NCBI GenBank assembly: GCA_951406725.2
Contig: OX597817.1
Location: 67,580,001 to 67,644,000 of the forward strand
Source: Octopus vulgaris
Taxonomy: Eukaryota
DNA length: 64,000 nt
Direction: 5' to 3'
The notes beneath the pieces are model-generated. The model worked only from the letters and a program-made list of their open reading frames with translations, made no database searches and was not told where the DNA came from. Both the position numbers and the translations under genes were made by a program. Each line of letters begins with the position of its first letter. The stretch's first letter is position 1. Shown piece by piece: positions 37,583 through 52,252 of this stretch.

Positions 37583-37826
37583 TGGAGGTATTGGCTTAGT
37601 GGTTAGGATGTTGGACTTATGATCATAAGATTGTGGTTTCGATCCCTGGATGGGGCAACACATTGTGTTCTTGAGTGAAACACTTCATTTCACCTTGCTC
37701 CAATCCACTCAGCTAACAAGAATGAGTAATCCTATGACAGACTGGTGTCCTGTCCTGGTAGGGAACATATATGCCATAAAACCAGGAAACCAGCCCTTGT
37801 GAGTTAGTATGACTCAAGAAGGTAAC
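37583..37826 (+). mobile_element. tRNA-derived SINE, family D variant
   Basis: TGGCTTAGTGGTTAGG (A box) and GGTTTCGATCCC (B box); homologous to 15655-15900. Confidence 0.8.
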
Positions 37827-39142
37827 TTTACTTTATTACCTTTATCCAGGTGGTACCTCTAGTAGGGGTAGTAGTGGTGGGTATGATTTTGCAAGAGTGT
37901 ATGGAAGGAGAGACAGGGAAAGTGGGATTGTTGTAATTACATATTTTTTATTTATAGTATATTAGTTAAAAATAAAGAAAATTTAGAAAATTTTTACAAG
38001 TTTCATTTCATTTTATTTTTTTAACTTTTTTTCCTTCTTCATCTTTCTATGTCTCTGACTTCATCTCTCTTATTCTCTTCATACAACTTATATTCTTATA
38101 TAATCTCATATAAGAAAACTTACCATATATCTTCCCCCATATAATCCTATAATGACAAAAATTTCATATCTCCTTAATCCTTGATCTTGTGATTTTTAAA
38201 ATCTTTTTTTTTGAGCGTGAGCAGTAAGAAACAATCGAGTTGTCATTTCATATTATTATCATTATTATTCTTTTTTATATCGACTCTAGATTTACTGTAA
38301 GATTTGTCTCTTGTTATTGTAGTTGTTGCATATTCCACTTAATCACTGATCAGCTTTTCTTATCAATCAGATTATCTCATTTTATCCACAACACTGCCCA
38401 ACCATTTGCTTATGCTCAATTTATTTCCTGACATTACATATTAGACTGTTTGTTTTTCTTCTGACTTACCTATCGCTAGCGTTACTTCAAGATTTCTCCT
38501 CTTACCGGCAGCATCTTCTTTTCACTCCGACGATGCTGACTTGCTTCTTCTGTATTTTCTTGTAACCATCCTTGAAGTAAATAACCAGTTTATTCTTGCA
38601 CATTGGCTTTTTGAACTTCAAGCATTTATGAATAGAATCTAGGTGCTTCACTTTGGTAAGAAAATTATTTTATTCAATACTTTTGGTACTCCTTTTGCCA
38701 TACAATTTATTTTCCGGCTGACTAAATTTTGCTCTATTCCTATCTCAAAGCAGACAGTTTCTCAAAATTTTGATAAATTTTTCTTAGATGTGACATTTAC
38801 ATAGTTTTGTTGTTATGAATGAACAATAGTATTTTTGTTTATTCAGGAAAATCAATTACTTTGTTATTGAAAGTCAGCAAAACTAGCCGATTCATAATGA
38901 GATTATTATGAATATAAAAGTGGGGTGGAAAAAATAAAAATAAATAAATGGTATGCATTTATTTGGATTTTCTATTTAACCTTTTATATATATTTTAAGT
39001 GAGTTTTTGTTTGGCTTTATTTTTGTAAATGATCTCTTGTTATTCAAAATATTTCTTTCAATACTTGAATGTTTGGACATATCTTGCCAATATTTAGCTC
39101 ATTCTGCTTATAAAGTTCCAACAAACCAAATTTTCTACATTA

Positions 39143-39189
<47 letters not shown>

Positions 39190-39190
<1 letters not shown>

Positions 39191-40066
39191 GTTTCTAATT
39201 TAGGCACAAGGCTGACAATTTTGAGGGTAAGCTATTAGTTGGTGTTGTTGACACCAGTACTTGACTGGTTTATTTTAGTTTATTGATCCTAGATGGTGAA
39301 AGACAAAGCTGATCTCAGCGAGATTTCAACTTGGAATGTAACAAACTGAAACAAATACCTCAAGGCATTTTTTACTTTCTGACATGCTTCTAACAAGTCT
39401 GCTGACCCACTGCCATCATCATTGTTCTTAGGGCAGTGGATTAGCAGGATTGTTAATGTGTCAGATTCAATGTCCTGTGGTAATTGTTCCAACTCTATAC
39501 ATTCTGAGTTCAAATTCCACTGAAGCCAACTTTGCCTTTCACCATCCTTCTAGAGTCAATAAAATAAAGTACCAGTCAAATACTGGGTTAATTTAATCCA
39601 GTAGCCCCTCTTCACCTTAGAATTAGTGGCTTTTGATAGCTTGGTAGAATCATAAAAGTGTTGAAAAATAATGCCTCACTGTATATGTACCAGGTCTTTA
39701 TATTCTGAGTTCAGATCCCACCTGTGTTTACTTTGCCTTTCATCCTGCCAGAGGAGATAAATTGAAGTACTTGGGTTGATTGTATTAGATCACCCCCCCC
39801 CACACACACACACACACTCTAAAGTTTCCTTTTTTTTTTTAAATTAGAAATCATTGGTAGTGTGCTAGCAGAATTGTTAGTGTGTTGGAGAAAATGCTTA
39901 ACAGCATTTCCTCTGGCTCTTTACATTCTGAGTTCAAATTCTGCTAAGGTTAGCTTCACCTTTCACCCTTTCACCCTTGATAAAATATGTACCAGTTGAG
40001 CACTGGGGGTCGATGTTATCAGTTAGCTCTGTCCCCAAAATTTTAGGCCTGGTGCTTATTGTAGAA

Positions 40067-40123
<57 letters not shown>

Positions 40124-40158
40124 TATTATTTATTATTTATTATTATTTATTATTATTA

Positions 40159-40207
<49 letters not shown>

Positions 40208-40405
40208 CTCCTCAGTTTCACATCGGACAAAATGCATTGTGGTATTTCTTCTGACTTAATATTCCTGGTTCAAATTCCGCTGAGACTGACTTTGCCTTTC
40301 ATCTTTTCAGGGTCGATAAAATAAATATCATTCAAGCACTGGGGCTGAGGTGATTGACTATCCCTCTCCTTCAAAATTGTAGGCCTGGTGCTAATAATAG
40401 AAAAA
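39190..40405. mobile_element. Cluster of ~5 degenerate SINE family B copies with (ATT)n tails
   Basis: Repeated TTCTGAGTTCAAATT..TTTGCCTTTCA..AAGTACCAG modules. The first copy is on the minus strand, the rest on plus; (ATT)n at 40068-40205. Confidence 0.75.
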
Positions 40406-41336
40406 AATTATTTATTTTTATATGATCATCCATTGATACATTTGATGTACTGCAGTTATTGTCTAAGATCATTGCTGAACTAATAAGAGTTATCAAATAG
40501 TAGACAACTTGAATATTTTATACATATTTTCTACTTACGACCATTTATTTTAGTACCATCTTTTTCTCTGTTAGAACTTTGCAGTGGTCAAGGGAGCTTT
40601 TATGCAATCGTTTGGCCTATCAGAAACAACAATAGCCAAATATACCCTTGCATGACATTCATTAAGGTTGACTGGGACTAATATTGGGCTGACTTTCATT
40701 GAGTGAAGAATGTTGCTCTGTTACAGTTTCTTATTTTGTGTTAAGATGATATAGGGACAAGGCCTGAAAATTTTGGAGTAGAGCATAGTTGATTGCATTA
40801 ACCTCAGTACTTTACTGGTACTTATTTTATTGATCCCAAAAGGGAAAAAGGCAAAGTCACTCTAGGTAGGATTTGAACTCAAGAGCTTCAATAGTCTGAA
40901 GAAATACAGCTTAATAATTCTGCCAGTTCACCATCTTTTTTAAAAAATGATACATGATAATAATTATTAAAACATTTTTCTATCGACTTTCCCAACATTA
41001 TTCCTCTCTTTTTTAAAAAAAAATTTTACTTTTTCATTATCCTTTACTTTATTCTTTGTATCCTTATTCTTGTTCTTTTTACTTTTCTCCTAACTAAAGT
41101 ATTGGGCAGAGTTGTTGTTTTGGGCAGACATAATAACACACTAGCCTCGATATTTTATGGTGTCTAGATCAATGGTTTGCTGGTCTAAATTCAAATCAAA
41201 CTGCTGTAAGCTTCAGCTATCATCATCATCTGATTGGGTTCCGGTTGTTAACATAATAACAAAAATATTTGCAGTTCAAATCAATCAGCTTCATCCACCA
41301 CTGCTTTGCAAGGAGAGACTTTTGAGTGTATAAATC

Positions 41337-41368
<32 letters not shown>

Positions 41369-41847
41369 ATCATGATAATGACAGATGCCATGGTAAGTTC
41401 AAACTAAATTGTCAACCCAGTTTTCAATATTAATTTAGATCTATGTCACATGTATCATTGATGTTCTTCGGAAAGGCATGATGGCCATCACATTATCCCA
41501 GTTTCTCCCCTGTATTAGTTCCTTTCTTGTATAATCACCAAGTTCAAATATCATTATTTACAACTCTTGGGGTTGTAAAATAAGCACAATGCACGTGTTA
41601 GTATTAATTAATTTAATTCACTATACTGACTGCTACAAATTTGTATGCTTGTGTCAAATACTGTCATTAAATCACCATCATTATATGTTCCACATGAGAA
41701 AAGAGGGATCAAATGGTAACATAAAGACAATAATGCATGCTTTCCTAATACCTGGTTTGTTTCCTATGTTTTTGATGAGGTGAAGCAGGTTTTCATGCTC
41801 TGTTTGGCTGAAGGAAAAGCATAACTTACGAGGCATTAAATGTACCT

Positions 41848-42197
41848 TTTGTCTTTTACTTGTTTCAGTCATTGGACTGTGGCCATGCCTTGAAGGGTTT
41901 AGTCGAACAAATTAGATCCAGTACTTATTTTTAAGTCTGGTACTTATTCCGTCACTCTCTTTTGCTCAACCACTAAGTTATGGGGATGTAAACAAACCTA
42001 CACCGGTTATCAAATGGAGAGGAGGACAAACACAAACATACACATACACACAATGGTTTTCTATACAGTCTCTATCTACAAAATTCACTCACAGAACATC
42101 TGTTGGCTTAAAGCTATAGCAGAAGGCACTTGTCCAAGACACTGTGCAGAAGGACTGAACCTGAAACCACATAATTACAAAGTGAGCTACACAGCCT
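41848..42197 (-). mobile_element. SINE family A, diverged
   Basis: TTTTACTTGTTTCAGTCATT tail plus reverse-complement head. Confidence 0.75.
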
Positions 42198-43216
42198 AAC
42201 CGAGTCTGGCCATGCATGTTCCTAGCCATGCATATGCAAGATTTTAAATAATTCATTTCAAATCCGTGAAAGTTTGTTTAAGACCAAAACTTTCCAGGCC
42301 CTGTTTTGAGTTCAAGCCCTGTTAATGATATTGATTTTCATTTGTTGCCAGGGGATTGTTGAATATAAAAGTTATTAATATACTGCTCTCTTTGATACAA
42401 TAATTGCATCAGTAATGAGAAAATACTAATATTGTTGAAATAAGTATTATTTGTATACAGCTTGTTAAATATTTGCAAAAATAACTGTAGTAATGAGAAA
42501 ATATTACTAATGTTGTAGGGCAGTGGAGTTTCAGAATTTTTAGAGTGGTTGACTGATTAAATATCTCAAATCTTTTAGCTACACTTCTTTATGATCTCTG
42601 TTTCTAATCTTGCCGATGCCAACTATACTGTTCATCTTTCTGAGGCTGATAAAATGAGTATCAGTTCTGTATTGTAGTCAATTTAACTAACTGTTGCCTC
42701 TTCCAGAAAATTTGTAGCCTTTTTCCAATTTTAGAAAAAAAAAAAAAAATAAAAATAATAATAATCTTCTTGAGAACTACATTAAGGGTTCACGTGTCTG
42801 TGGAGTGCTCAGCCACTTGCACGTTAATAAATGAGCTGCGATGTCACTAGTGTCAAGCTGCATCGGCCTTTGCCTTTCCCTTGTATGACATCTGTGGCGT
42901 GGAGAGGGGAGGCTGGTATGCATGGGCGACTGCTGGCCTTCCATAAACAACCTTGCCCAGACTTATGCCTTGGAGGGTAACTTTCTAGGCACAATCCCAT
43001 GGTCATTCATGACCGAAGGGGGTCACAACAATTAGGTTGCTGAAAAGTGGTAAGCTGGTGGAATTGTTAGCATACCAGATAAAATGCTTACTGGCATTTT
43101 TTCCAGCTTTACTTTCTGAATTCAAATTCTGCCCAGGTTGACTTTGTCTTACATCCTTTTGGGGTTTATAAAATTAGTACAACTGAGCACTGGGGTCAGG
43201 CCTTGTGCCTAGAGTA

Positions 43217-43370
43217 GGCACATGAGCAACCTTTTCAAGAATCAGGCTACATGAAACTTAGTTCATCTTTGTGGGGGGGGGGGGAGGTCACACTACTAAA
43301 AGATTCATGGTAATTTTTCATTAGTTATGCCATTCAGAAAGTCCTGTAGACTGCAGGTTGCCCTTGACTG
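43217..43370. mobile_element. Degenerate hAT-type MITE inserted in a SINE B tail
   Basis: CATGAGCAACCT / AGGTTGCCCTTGACTG; flanks CTAGAGTA / CTATAGTA. Confidence 0.4.
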
Positions 43371-44869
43371 CTATAGTAGAAAGGATTGTTATTATTATTA
43401 TTATTATTATCATCACTTGTTTATTTTTCTTTGTTGCTACTGCTTGTATTAGTTGTAGTTATTGTAGATGTAGTGTTTGTCACTTATCCATTTATCTCAA
43501 AAATCCTAATTGACCCAATTCCTTTGTAACTCTGCAGTTGAAATTTTAACTTAATACTAAAACTGATTCAGCAAGAAACCTGCAAGGTTTTCTATAGTTT
43601 TTTTTTTATTATTATTATATTTTTATTTTTTTGTCACACACTGTGCATATTAAAATTGGCCACAGTCAAATGACAGAAATAACTAAGGGAATACACACAC
43701 ATGAAAACTGTAAACTTTTTGGGTGTGTTTTCTTTTCACACCTATGTATTCTTTTATTTTAAGTATTTCAGCTTTAAAGCTGTGGTCATGCTGGGGCACA
43801 TTTTTTTATGTACACTATACAATATATTATTATCTTCCATTCTTCTATCCTATTTCAGATTTAAAATAAATGTGTATTTTTATTATGATTATTTTTCATT
43901 CTGTGCTTGTTTATTTAAACTTTCCAAATGGTTAAAAAAAATATATATTGGTGGGTAGTGAAAATTGTTTCTTTGGTTTAAAAGTTTGTAAAGGTTAACA
44001 ATATTAATCTTACTATTTCCCCCACCTTCTTGCTTGTGTGCTTAAGATCTTAAGAATTCCTTCTTTTTCTTGGTTAGTACTTCTAACAAATTTCACCACT
44101 ATGATCATTGCTCTGCTGATATGATTTTTGGCAGTTGTTAAGGTCAAATGATATGTTTGATATCTTGTGTAATAATATTAGTAAATAACAATAACGCATC
44201 TACTTACCCTCCTCGTTCCACTACATTATTCTGTTAATCTGCTGGTTGTCAACAAAACTGTTGCCAGTCACAGATCTTTTCAGAAGAATTGCTTGCCAGT
44301 CAAAGTTCAAACCCTTATAGGACCCCACAGGTGTAAAGTCAACCTTTTTATCTGACTAGGCTTGAACTGTTTTGAGGCTTGTGTGGGTTGGAGAGGGGTG
44401 TTGCTGGGTGGTTGGGTTGGGTTGGGTTGGTCAGGGTCTGATATAGATCTTCATTTGTGTATGCAGGTCTTGAGTTTGGGCTTTTCTAGAAAACTGGCAG
44501 TTGTCTATATAAGTCTCCGCTCTCCACACAACTGATGTTGCCTAAGAAAAAGCTGTCACTTTAGTTCCAGTATAGCTGGCACCTGTGTCATTGCAGGTGT
44601 TGCTGTCAGAATGCAAAGAACTGGGGCAAATATCAGAAAGCATCTTATCAGATGCTCTTTCACTTTGCTAATCTGCCACCCTGGTTTGGTACTTTTTTTA
44701 CTACCTTCCAAATGGTAAATTGACCTTGGCAGGATTTGAACTCAGAGCTCAGCTAACTAAAAATATACTGTGGGGCATTCTATTTTTTGAAGTAGCTGAA
44801 ATAATTGAGTTTCAAATTAAGCAACTCTAATTACCACTGCCTAATAAGAAGGAACTTTGTCAATATTGA

Positions 44870-45078
44870 TTTCAGATCTTGGCACAAGGCCAGCAGTTTT
44901 AGAGGAGTTAAGTTGATTACATCAACCCCAGTATTCAACTGGTACTTATTGTATCAACCCTGATAGAATGAGAGGCAAAGTCAAACTCAGCAGTATTTGA
45001 ACTCAGAACCTAAGGCTGGATGAAATATTGCTAAGCATTTTGCCTGGCATGCTAACAATTCTGACAGCTTGCTGCCTT
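44870..45078 (-). mobile_element. SINE family B copy
   Basis: Reverse complement of the family B head, central domain and GGCCTTGTGCC end. Confidence 0.75.
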
Positions 45079-48000
45079 ACAGACTTGAATATTAACTTCA
45101 TTTGCTGTTTACCCCCTCAAATTGCCCCCATTATTGTTTAACTTACTGTCTGTGCGTATATATGTTAACAGGTTTGTGTGTGTGTGTGTTTGAGAGAAAG
45201 AGAGAGAGAGAGAGTGAATGATCTTGCAAATTTACTGTCACGATATTACTTACCGTTTGTGGCTGTGTAATCACAGTACACTATATATGTGTGTTTTGTG
45301 TGTGTATTTCAACTGCTTTTAGAGAAAAAATTTCCATAGTGTAGTGAATGACTTAGTTAATACTTCTAAGCAATCTTTTCGATCGATTCACATAGTGTAA
45401 AATAAAAAGGAAAGAAGTTGTTTGCATTTGATTGTTTTTCCCTCTATGATGTTTTCTAGTAATCCTAGTTAAAGCAATGATTAGTTCTATACCAAAAAAA
45501 AAAAGAAAAATCGCAGAAAAGTTCAGGAATATATGACTGTAAAGAATGTGACATTAGAATTGAATGTAAAATAAGCATGAATTGAAACAGTTGGTGAATT
45601 TGACAGTATGAGTACAGTTAAATTATGGATATGTTTTATTGCATAAAAAAAATCAGCTGTATATATACGTATATCTATCCACACACACACACATGAATGT
45701 ATACATATTTATGTGTGTGGTGTAGTCCTCCATAATCTCATCTATTGAATTATCTAATTTTATCATTTTTTTTTTACTTAATCTCTTAAGTATAAATGTC
45801 TGGCCTTGACAAGCTTGGTGGACATTAATCTGTTCTAATTTCATACTTATATTTTGTTTTAATTGTAGCTATTTGAAGAGCTATATAGTTATAAATCACA
45901 TTTAATTTACATTGAAACTTTGACCATTTTCCATTTTTTCTATTATTGTAATACTGCATGTATGTAAGAAAATAAGATCACATTTAATATAAGTGCATGG
46001 TTTGTATATATTACTGAATGGCTCAGAAGTTCCTCACAACACTTTGGGCAAGTGTCTTTTGCCATAAAAAGGAATTGAGCCCAGCCTGTCAGTGAAATGA
46101 AATTAGGTTGACAGAAGCTGTGGAATTTTGTCTGAAACATAGTATGTACTTCTAATTTCAAATTCAAAGGCCCAGACTGTGACATGCAAAGCCTACTTGG
46201 AGATTATGTTAAGGGTAGAAGCGTACGTGGAATGCACATTCACTTCTGAAGGTCACTGTGTTGGTAGTTCTGTTCATCAACCAATGAGAAAACTCCTCAC
46301 TGAAACTGACAGAAGATCTGTTTACAATCTATTCTCTTATCTAAAAATATATATTTGACCCTATACCTTGTCCTGTGTATTAGATATTAATACATAGGAC
46401 ATATTTCTCAGGCATCTATGCATTATATATGATACACATTCCTAATATATTTTCCAATTATCAGAGTAGCTTTGTGTTAATGAAATGAAAGTTTTACATT
46501 ACTCAGAACATATGATACAAGGGTTAACTAAACATCTAAAAACAAGCATGGACATTTAGGACAAGCTTATGAAAATACTTTGGAGAGGCAAAAGGTTAAG
46601 ATACTTGGAAATCATATCCATGTAACTCAGTCACAGGCAAACTGTGGACTTTCTCAATGAAAGTAACCTTGAATTTTTCTTTTTAGTAGTGTGGTCCACC
46701 TGATGATGAGCCATGTTTCATGTGGCTAGTTTCTCAAAAAAGATTGCCCATGACTGATTTAGCTGTTCATCTGCAACATGGAGTGTGTGTGTGTGTGTGT
46801 GCAAACATGTCATTAATATTCATTAAAATCACATTGGATTTTTAACTACTTTTCATGGTCCTCAAATATGTGTCATAATTTTTTTAGCAATTACCATAAC
46901 TTTGTAGTCAGACAACACTTGTAGTTACATTTATTTATTGAAAAGCCATTTGGGACGACTCTTGATTTTCAGTTATAATAGTAAAAATGCCAGTACACTT
47001 TTTTTTTGTCTTCATGTTGGTTACATGCATCCGCTCCCTATCCTTTAGCTTTTAAATTCAGATCTCATATGTCTTGACATTACATTTTAATACAGGTGCC
47101 TTGATTTACCTTACTATCAGTGGCATATCTGTGTAATTAAGAAGTCCAGTTCAAAATCACAAGGTTTCAGGTTCAGTTTCACTGCACTGCACCTTGGGTA
47201 AGTGTTTTCTATCATAACTTCAAGTTCATGCCTTTTGCACAACATTAGGTAGATGGAAACTATGTAGAATGGAACTTTGTCACACGAACTCTAATAGTTG
47301 TTGGGTTGTGTAGATTGAACCCTTATGTTAGCATATTTCTGTAGAAATATGCTGCTTTTGCTTCTGTTAGTTTTGAAAATAATGAATTTAGTAAAATAAT
47401 TTTAAAATTATTAAGATGGTGTTATTTAACTTGAAAAGTGTGATGGAAGGTTTTGATTTGGATCAGTTTAAAACATGAAGTTTGTATCATAGAACCAGAA
47501 GCAGTCTCAGGCAGGATGATATCAAAAGGGTTAATCCAGTGATTCCCTACATGGGGTCTGAGAAAATTGTGGTGAGACATGGTACTGTAATCACCAGGCA
47601 CAAGGTTTTCTTGAAACGATTCACTTTTTTTCTTAGTCAATAATGTACTTTTCTTTGTACTCTGTACTTAATAAAAGGGTTACCTGTAGATTTCTGTATT
47701 AAATAATTGTGATAAAATATTAAAAATGAAGTTTTTTTACCAACCACCAATGGGGTATGCATTTTTCTAGAAAGTTATTGTAGAACCTGGGGCCACCTTT
47801 AGCACAGTTTCCCCTTCTTCAAGCATTCAGAATAGATCTCTGGTATTTGGATAACCTGCTATCTTGTGCTGTTTCTTGTGTGTCATGCTTTTGTAAGGGC
47901 TTAGCAAAGATTATGGACGCACACATGTGGTAAACTGTCATCCAGTCCAGGAAGAGAGTTATCTCACCCACTTAACACTATTAAATCAATGCTCTGGATT

Positions 48001-49067
48001 AGCTTTTAAAAGCCTCTTCAGGCTATTGGAGATATTTATATTTATTGTTTGCTTGTGCATATGAACTTGCATGCATATCACTGCTTTTTTTCAGTATCTC
48101 ACAGCTTTACAGTTTTTATATATATATTTTATATGCAAAATGTGTGTGTGTCTGGGGTAATAAGCTTATTTCCTAACCATGTGTTTTCAAGTTCAGTCCT
48201 GCTGCGTGGCACCTTGACCAAATGTCTGTTACTACAGCTCCAAGTCAACCAAAGCCTTGTGAGTGAATTTAACACATGAACAGTGTATATTGCAATCAAA
48301 CTACAATGAAGTGAGTTTCTGTGGGAGCTTCTACACAATTTCTCAATCTGCTAGAAATAGCCAAATCTCTCAAAAAGCACATCCTAATGTCTCAAAAATG
48401 GATGGGTGCATTGGATAAAATAATCCTAGGTATAGATAAGCAAGGCAACCATGGTTGGAATGTCTTTGACTATATGTCTATTTGATTAGTTATTTAGGAT
48501 TAAATATCCCCAATTGTTTCTTTTGTTGCAGTTATTTTTTTTTTTGTTTTTTATTGTAAATTTCTATTGATTGTAACTTGTCAATCAAAAGTATATAAAC
48601 TATCAATTCAGTTTATTTTTATTCTTATTAGTAACCTTCAGTTTCCCAGAGTACTATATGATAAAGATACTTTTGGAAATACCATTTCTATAACTAATAT
48701 TAGCTTTTATTCATGGGTTCAGGTATGGTTGTATGGCTAAGCGGTTTCCTTTACAGTAACTTGATTCCTGGTTCAACTCTTCAGCATTTAAACCAGTGAT
48801 ATCCAGCTCAAATATCTACCTGTTTTATGTTCAAATTGGCTGGATCAACCTCTTGCACCTCCCCTTCAGTATCTCATCATTAAAAATAAACAATCACATT
48901 GTAATGCATATTTAATTCAAAATAATATGAATAAATAAGCATTACATTTGAGTAAGATATATGTTAAAGGGTTAAAAATACTACAACCATCATCTTAGAA
49001 TTGGTCAGGACCTTGTATGTGGAATTTAGTTGGCAGAAAAATGTACATGTGTGTTTATTTTGTATTG

Positions 49068-49099
<32 letters not shown>

Positions 49100-50453
49100 G
49101 GTAGGAAAACTCCGACCATAAAAAAGAAAAATAGTACTTTTTAAATATAGTCTGTTGCAATATTTGTTCTACATAGACATTCCTTTGTCACTCTTGTCGC
49201 CAGGAATGCAGTGAACCTATGACTGACCCCTTAGAAACTTGGAAACAGTAATGCTATTTTCCACCATTTATGATATAAATACATGATATACTGATTCTTT
49301 TCTCACCATTGGAGTTTAGCATCGTTGAATTGATTAATGTCTTCAGCATCCAAATCTTTCTAGTCATACCTTACTGTCTTTAAATAAAGAAGAATAAATT
49401 GGACAATTAATCCTTGGTATATGATATACAAAGGGACATGTTTGATCATGGCTGAATTACTTTTGATCATAGGTCTGCTGGATCAGGGCTTGCTCGGGGC
49501 CAAGCAATAACTAATGTTAATTTCATGCTTACTGTTGAACAAAATGCTTAGCAGCATGTTTGCCAAATCTTTACATTCTGAGTTCAAATTCTGCCGAGGT
49601 CAACTTTGCCTTTCACCTTTTCATGGTTGACAAAATAAATACCGCTTGACTTAGTCGGGTCAATGTAATCAACTTTCTTCCCTACTCCAATATTGCTGGC
49701 CTTGTGCCAAAATTTGAAACCAATATTAATTTCATGCTCACAGTTGTGTTCACCTATCATTATTCTAGCTTTGCTTAGCATCACAATGCTTTTTGTTTTA
49801 TATTTTTATTTTATGCACATTACATTAAATATGCACATTGCTTTGAACATGATAGATGTGTCACCAGATATTTTCATTTTATTTGTTTAGAATGTAAACT
49901 CTTCAACATTCTGCCATCCTATTCAAAACACTGTCACTCACTCTGTCTGTGCTTCGTTTACAACATACCTTCATTTGTGTTATATATTAGCATAAAAGAT
50001 TCAACCTTTTCCTTTTCCAAATATAGATGAAATTGTTCAGAAATAGTTTTTTTTATTTTTTTAAATTGTTTATAAAGGACATTAGCTTATTAGGCATTTA
50101 TGTAGTGAGAAATTTGAGAAACATTTCTAAACATGAATTCTTAAACAATATCATTGGTATTGATGAAATATAGAGCATTGCCATGAGTGAAGTAATTCTT
50201 GAAAATAAATGGTAGTCTTCCATGCTTTCAGATCAATACTTCACTGCAAGATTACTTCATTTCTCATGACAGAGGCACTGACTCCAGCCATGGATCCCAA
50301 TTTGGACTTGAAATTTTTGAGAAAATTATATATAAATATAAATATAAGGCCTTAACAATTTTACATGCTTTACCAAGATGATTTCCCTAGTGGTTTATTA
50401 AAGATCTTATTTTGATCACTTATAGTCTGCATATTTTTCTCTTACTTTTACAG

Positions 50454-50466
50454 TGTGGAAACATTG
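50454..50466 (+). other. Candidate 13-nt micro-exon
   Basis: Polypyrimidine tract TTTTTCTCTTACTTTTACAG|TGTGGAAACATTG|GTAAGT in non-repetitive sequence. Confidence 0.3.
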
Positions 50467-52252
50467 GTAAGTTAGCATAGAGCCTGTTCATTGGGTACGA
50501 AATTGGCATATAAAAAATGTGATCTTTTTATTCTAGGACTAATAATGAATTTTTAAAGATTTAATTTTGGTAAAAATTTCATCCTTAGTGCCAAGAAATT
50601 TTGGGTAAAAAGATTTTTTTTAATACCAACTTATATAAAATTGTGCATTTAATTAAGCTTTTTAATTAAATGCTAAAAAAAAAATCTAAATTATTAACAG
50701 ACATTGGTTTCCAAAAGTCTAGTCTTATTCTGTCAGTCCCTGTAACTGAATTGCCAAGTTAGAGGGATATAAACAAACCAACACATGTAGAGGGTTAAAC
50801 AAAAAAGACATATGCATACACACATATGACAAGCTTCCACAGAGTTTCTGTCCACCAAATTTACTTAGAAGGCATTGGTTGACCTGGGGTGATAGTAAAA
50901 GACAGTTGCCCAAGTTGCTGTACAGTGGGACTGAACCCAAAACCATACAATTGTAATACCAGTTCCTTAAGCCATGCCTGCACCTGTTCATGCTGTTTAT
51001 ACAATATCCATGGGTGCCTTCTTTAGCTGGTTCATCTGACTCTTGTTATCTGAATTCTGATGACCAAGAGGTATCTCTATCAATTGTAGAATGGCTGATT
51101 CGAGTTAAAAATATAAAGAAGCAGATATGAAACTGTATGATAAGATAAAATTCCTGATATAATTTGTAGTATAAATAGAATATCTACCTTAACTAATTAA
51201 CCAGTTTTAACCTAACCTGACACAATGATTACATGTTGATCAACAAACAAGTGAGAAATTATAGCAATAAGTATTGATGCTACTTCTATTAATAGTGAAA
51301 TTGACAAACTAGCGTACTGGTCAGCCCCAGTTATACTTTAACACATTTTTTTCTGTTTTAAGTAAATTTTTGAAGTTTTCTTTTTAATTTTTTTTTCTAT
51401 TCTTTTCTTGTTTTTGTTTCTGTTTCCTGTATTTTTATTGTCTTATTCTTTTATGGCAATATCTCAAGTTTCGTCAATTTAGTTTGACAGGCATATCCAT
51501 GATGTGAAAAGAACTGAGACACTTCTCTCAAGCACTCTACCAGTGACTGCAGACCACCTGCTGTTCTTTCTGTTGTTTAATTACAGGACATACTTGCTAA
51601 AGCAAACTTATGACCAAAGGCACTCCAGCCATGGCTATCCGATTTTTTTCCATGCACGTATTCCTTCCCCTTATCCTGCACTCCTAACTATATTCCTTCT
51701 TAATGTCTACTGGATGCCTATTTCACCTGAATACCCATTTCTGTCTGCTATTGTCATCCCTTTTTGTAACTCATTATATCCACCCCTATATATACCTAAC
51801 CACTGTCATTGCATCTCCCCACACACTTCCTTTCACCCTCCTTACCTACCCACTCATCCAGTTACCCTTGATTCTCTGCCACCCCTCACCCCCCACACAC
51901 ATGCACATACACCACTTCCTATTTTCTCTCTGTGTGTACCCTGTACTTTGAGGGTATGCCCTGATGCTTCAAGTCCATCATTCTTTCTTCTTTTTCTACT
52001 GAGGTACCTATGTATCTCCTCAATCACAAGACACCTGTTTTGTCCCCGTTTCATACTTTTAGCCTTTTCTGCATCTGGCACAATGCCACTTCCCTCAGTT
52101 CTGCACCTCCACTCTATGGAGGGGTCCTGTCTTGCATGACATTTTGTCTTGGCTGTCTGAACTGTTGCTCATTACTAATCACCAAACAGTATTGATACAA
52201 AGAAAATAGCTTCGGTGCAACAGTTGAGCTGCTGGGAGAAGTAAAAGCACTA

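Noticed and set aside
38455-38660. Possible exon (minus-strand donor AG|GTAAGTCAG at ~38468; plus-strand donor at 38656)
   Set aside because: Conflicting strands, only short frames and no clear acceptor; cannot be supported without RNA data.
51504-52139. Longest ORF (211 aa)
   Set aside because: Non-ATG start, overlaps a family E repeat and a C/T-rich low-complexity tract that is stop-poor by composition; no recognisable motifs.
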